Source: Nitrospirota bacterium (GTDB lineage Bacteria > Nitrospirota > Nitrospiria > Nitrospirales > Nitrospiraceae). From it: a DNA stretch of 54,083 bases. This document shows, piece by piece, positions 53,294 through 54,083 of the stretch. A program made the position numbers and the translations under genes. Under the pieces are notes generated by a model. The model saw only the letters and a program-made list of their open reading frames with translations, searched no databases and had not been told where the DNA came from. The stretch's first letter is position 1, and the number at the start of each line of letters is the position of its first letter. The DNA is taken from assembly GCA_005887945.1 (NCBI GenBank), contig VBOL01000043.1:1-54083 (forward strand). Reading direction: 5' to 3'.

Positions 53294-53338
53294 GAAGAAA
53301 CAGGGTCTTGCAATCCAACATTTCGCGGCGCGCGGTGG
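53294..53338 (+). repeat. solo HHT head
   Basis: gaagaaacagggtcttgcaatccaacatttcgcggcgcgcggtgg. Confidence 0.7.
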
Positions 53339-53463
53339 ACCTGCGTCCTACCCAATATCGTACCAACGTCAGAAGCCAGAAGTCCTCCATTGAAACTGTC
53401 TCCTTTACGGGGAAGTTTGTGACTGCTCACTGGAAGGTGCTCCAACGACAGACGGTACGAGGG

Positions 53464-54012
53464 TTACAACCCGGAAGTCTTGCTTGTGGGTGGTGTGGGT
53501 GGACTGAGAATATCAATATCTTGCTTCGCTCGAGCTGCTCGTTCACGGTAGCTCCGCTCGGTATCACCGGTGTAAGTGCCGATGACTCGCTCGTACGCTG
53601 CACGGGCCTGATCGTATTTTTTCGTGAGTGTAAGATGTTGTCCCAGAGTCAGCCAGTTTTTCACCGCAGCTTCGACGGCGGTCTTAAGCAACTTCAATTC
53701 ATAGTCCACTCGATTGCTCCCTAAGGGCTGGTCGCGTTTCCTGATCGACTCCGCCACCTGGCTGGCCATTTCTTCGATTTCTTCATTTTCGAGTATGGCA
53801 GCTTCCATACGGTTTGCCTTCATGTTCGCATTAAACGCTGCGACACGCGCTTTAATTATGTCCGCCCGCTGCTGATAAAAGTCGTGCGCGCAACCAGCGA
53901 ACAAAAAACAACAGATCACGATGGAGATGATTCGTCGATACACCTTGATCTGGTTAGCTAGCATCTTGATTCCCCGTTCGTATGAGCTGGTCTGCCCTTC
54001 TTGTGTCTTCAT
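53464..54012 (-). CDS. hypothetical lipoprotein with helical (TPR-like) region
   Basis: 182 aa ORF. Lipobox-like CCFLFAGC. The start may be MLANQ at 53964. Confidence 0.55.
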   Translation of the reverse strand: MKTQEGQTSSYERGIKMLANQIKVYRRIISIVICCFLFAGCAHDFYQQRADIIKARVAAFNANMKANRMEAAILENEEIEEMASQVAESIRKRDQPLGSNRVDYELKLLKTAVEAAVKNWLTLGQHLTLTKKYDQARAAYERVIGTYTGDTERSYRERAARAKQDIDILSPPTPPTSKTSGL

Positions 54013-54083
54013 CCCTTGCCCGCTGCACGGGGCATTGAGAACTAAACCGTCGTAGAAAGGTGCAAAAACCCTGCCGATCTGTT

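Noticed and set aside
27914-53340. CRISPR array (regularly spaced repeats)
   Set aside because: The repeat units are 100-220 nt, highly structured and variable in length. The intervening segments are 0.2-2 kb and contain genes. No cas genes are present. This is incompatible with CRISPR geometry.
1-54083. tRNA, rRNA, tmRNA, RNase P or SRP genes
   Set aside because: I scanned for T-loop-like GGTTCGAATCC motifs and conserved rRNA blocks. The only GGTTCGA hits are inside HHT hairpins. Nothing supports an RNA gene call.

Overview
High-GC bacterial chromosomal window; the taxon cannot be determined from the sequence alone. It splits into two parts.

(1) 1-23.2 kb is ordinary core genome. It holds an AddB-like nuclease fragment, rpsB-tsf-pyrH-frr-alr, a FadL-type outer-membrane protein, a 979-aa hybrid GAF histidine kinase, and an MTH1187/YkoF-like protein. 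It also holds a SirC-like siroheme enzyme, an HNH endonuclease, a Rieske protein, GGCT, a 2Fe-2S ferredoxin, moaB, a CBS protein, a Zn-ADH, a frameshifted PhzF gene and two tandem B12-binding radical SAM paralogs.

(2) 23.1 kb to the right edge is an accessory region that starts exactly at the 5-prime end of the second radical SAM gene. That 5-prime end plus its upstream region is present three times, and the copies bracket small inserted modules. Next comes a visibly AT-richer, translationally coupled 4-gene operon of orphan winged-helix-like proteins, one with a HEPN-like motif. After it, about 25 kb is cut into about 28 cassette-like units by a structured repeat I call HHT (head-hairpin-tail). 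Every copy lies on the + strand. The cassettes carry TA pairs, GNAT, VOC, cupin, NmrA, CMD, PilZ, DUF2630 (twice), nagB, a DUF1111 di-heme protein, many orphan secreted proteins, several pseudogenes, and IS3 and IS110 remnants.

The array resembles an integron cassette array, but I found no integrase and no canonical attC boxes. Several other families of long intergenic hairpins, built from short repeated words, fill the core intergenic regions, as do two G-quadruplex-type spacers. No rRNA, tRNA or CRISPR was seen. Repeat coordinates are by eye (about +/-10 nt). All family names come from recalled similarity, not from searches.
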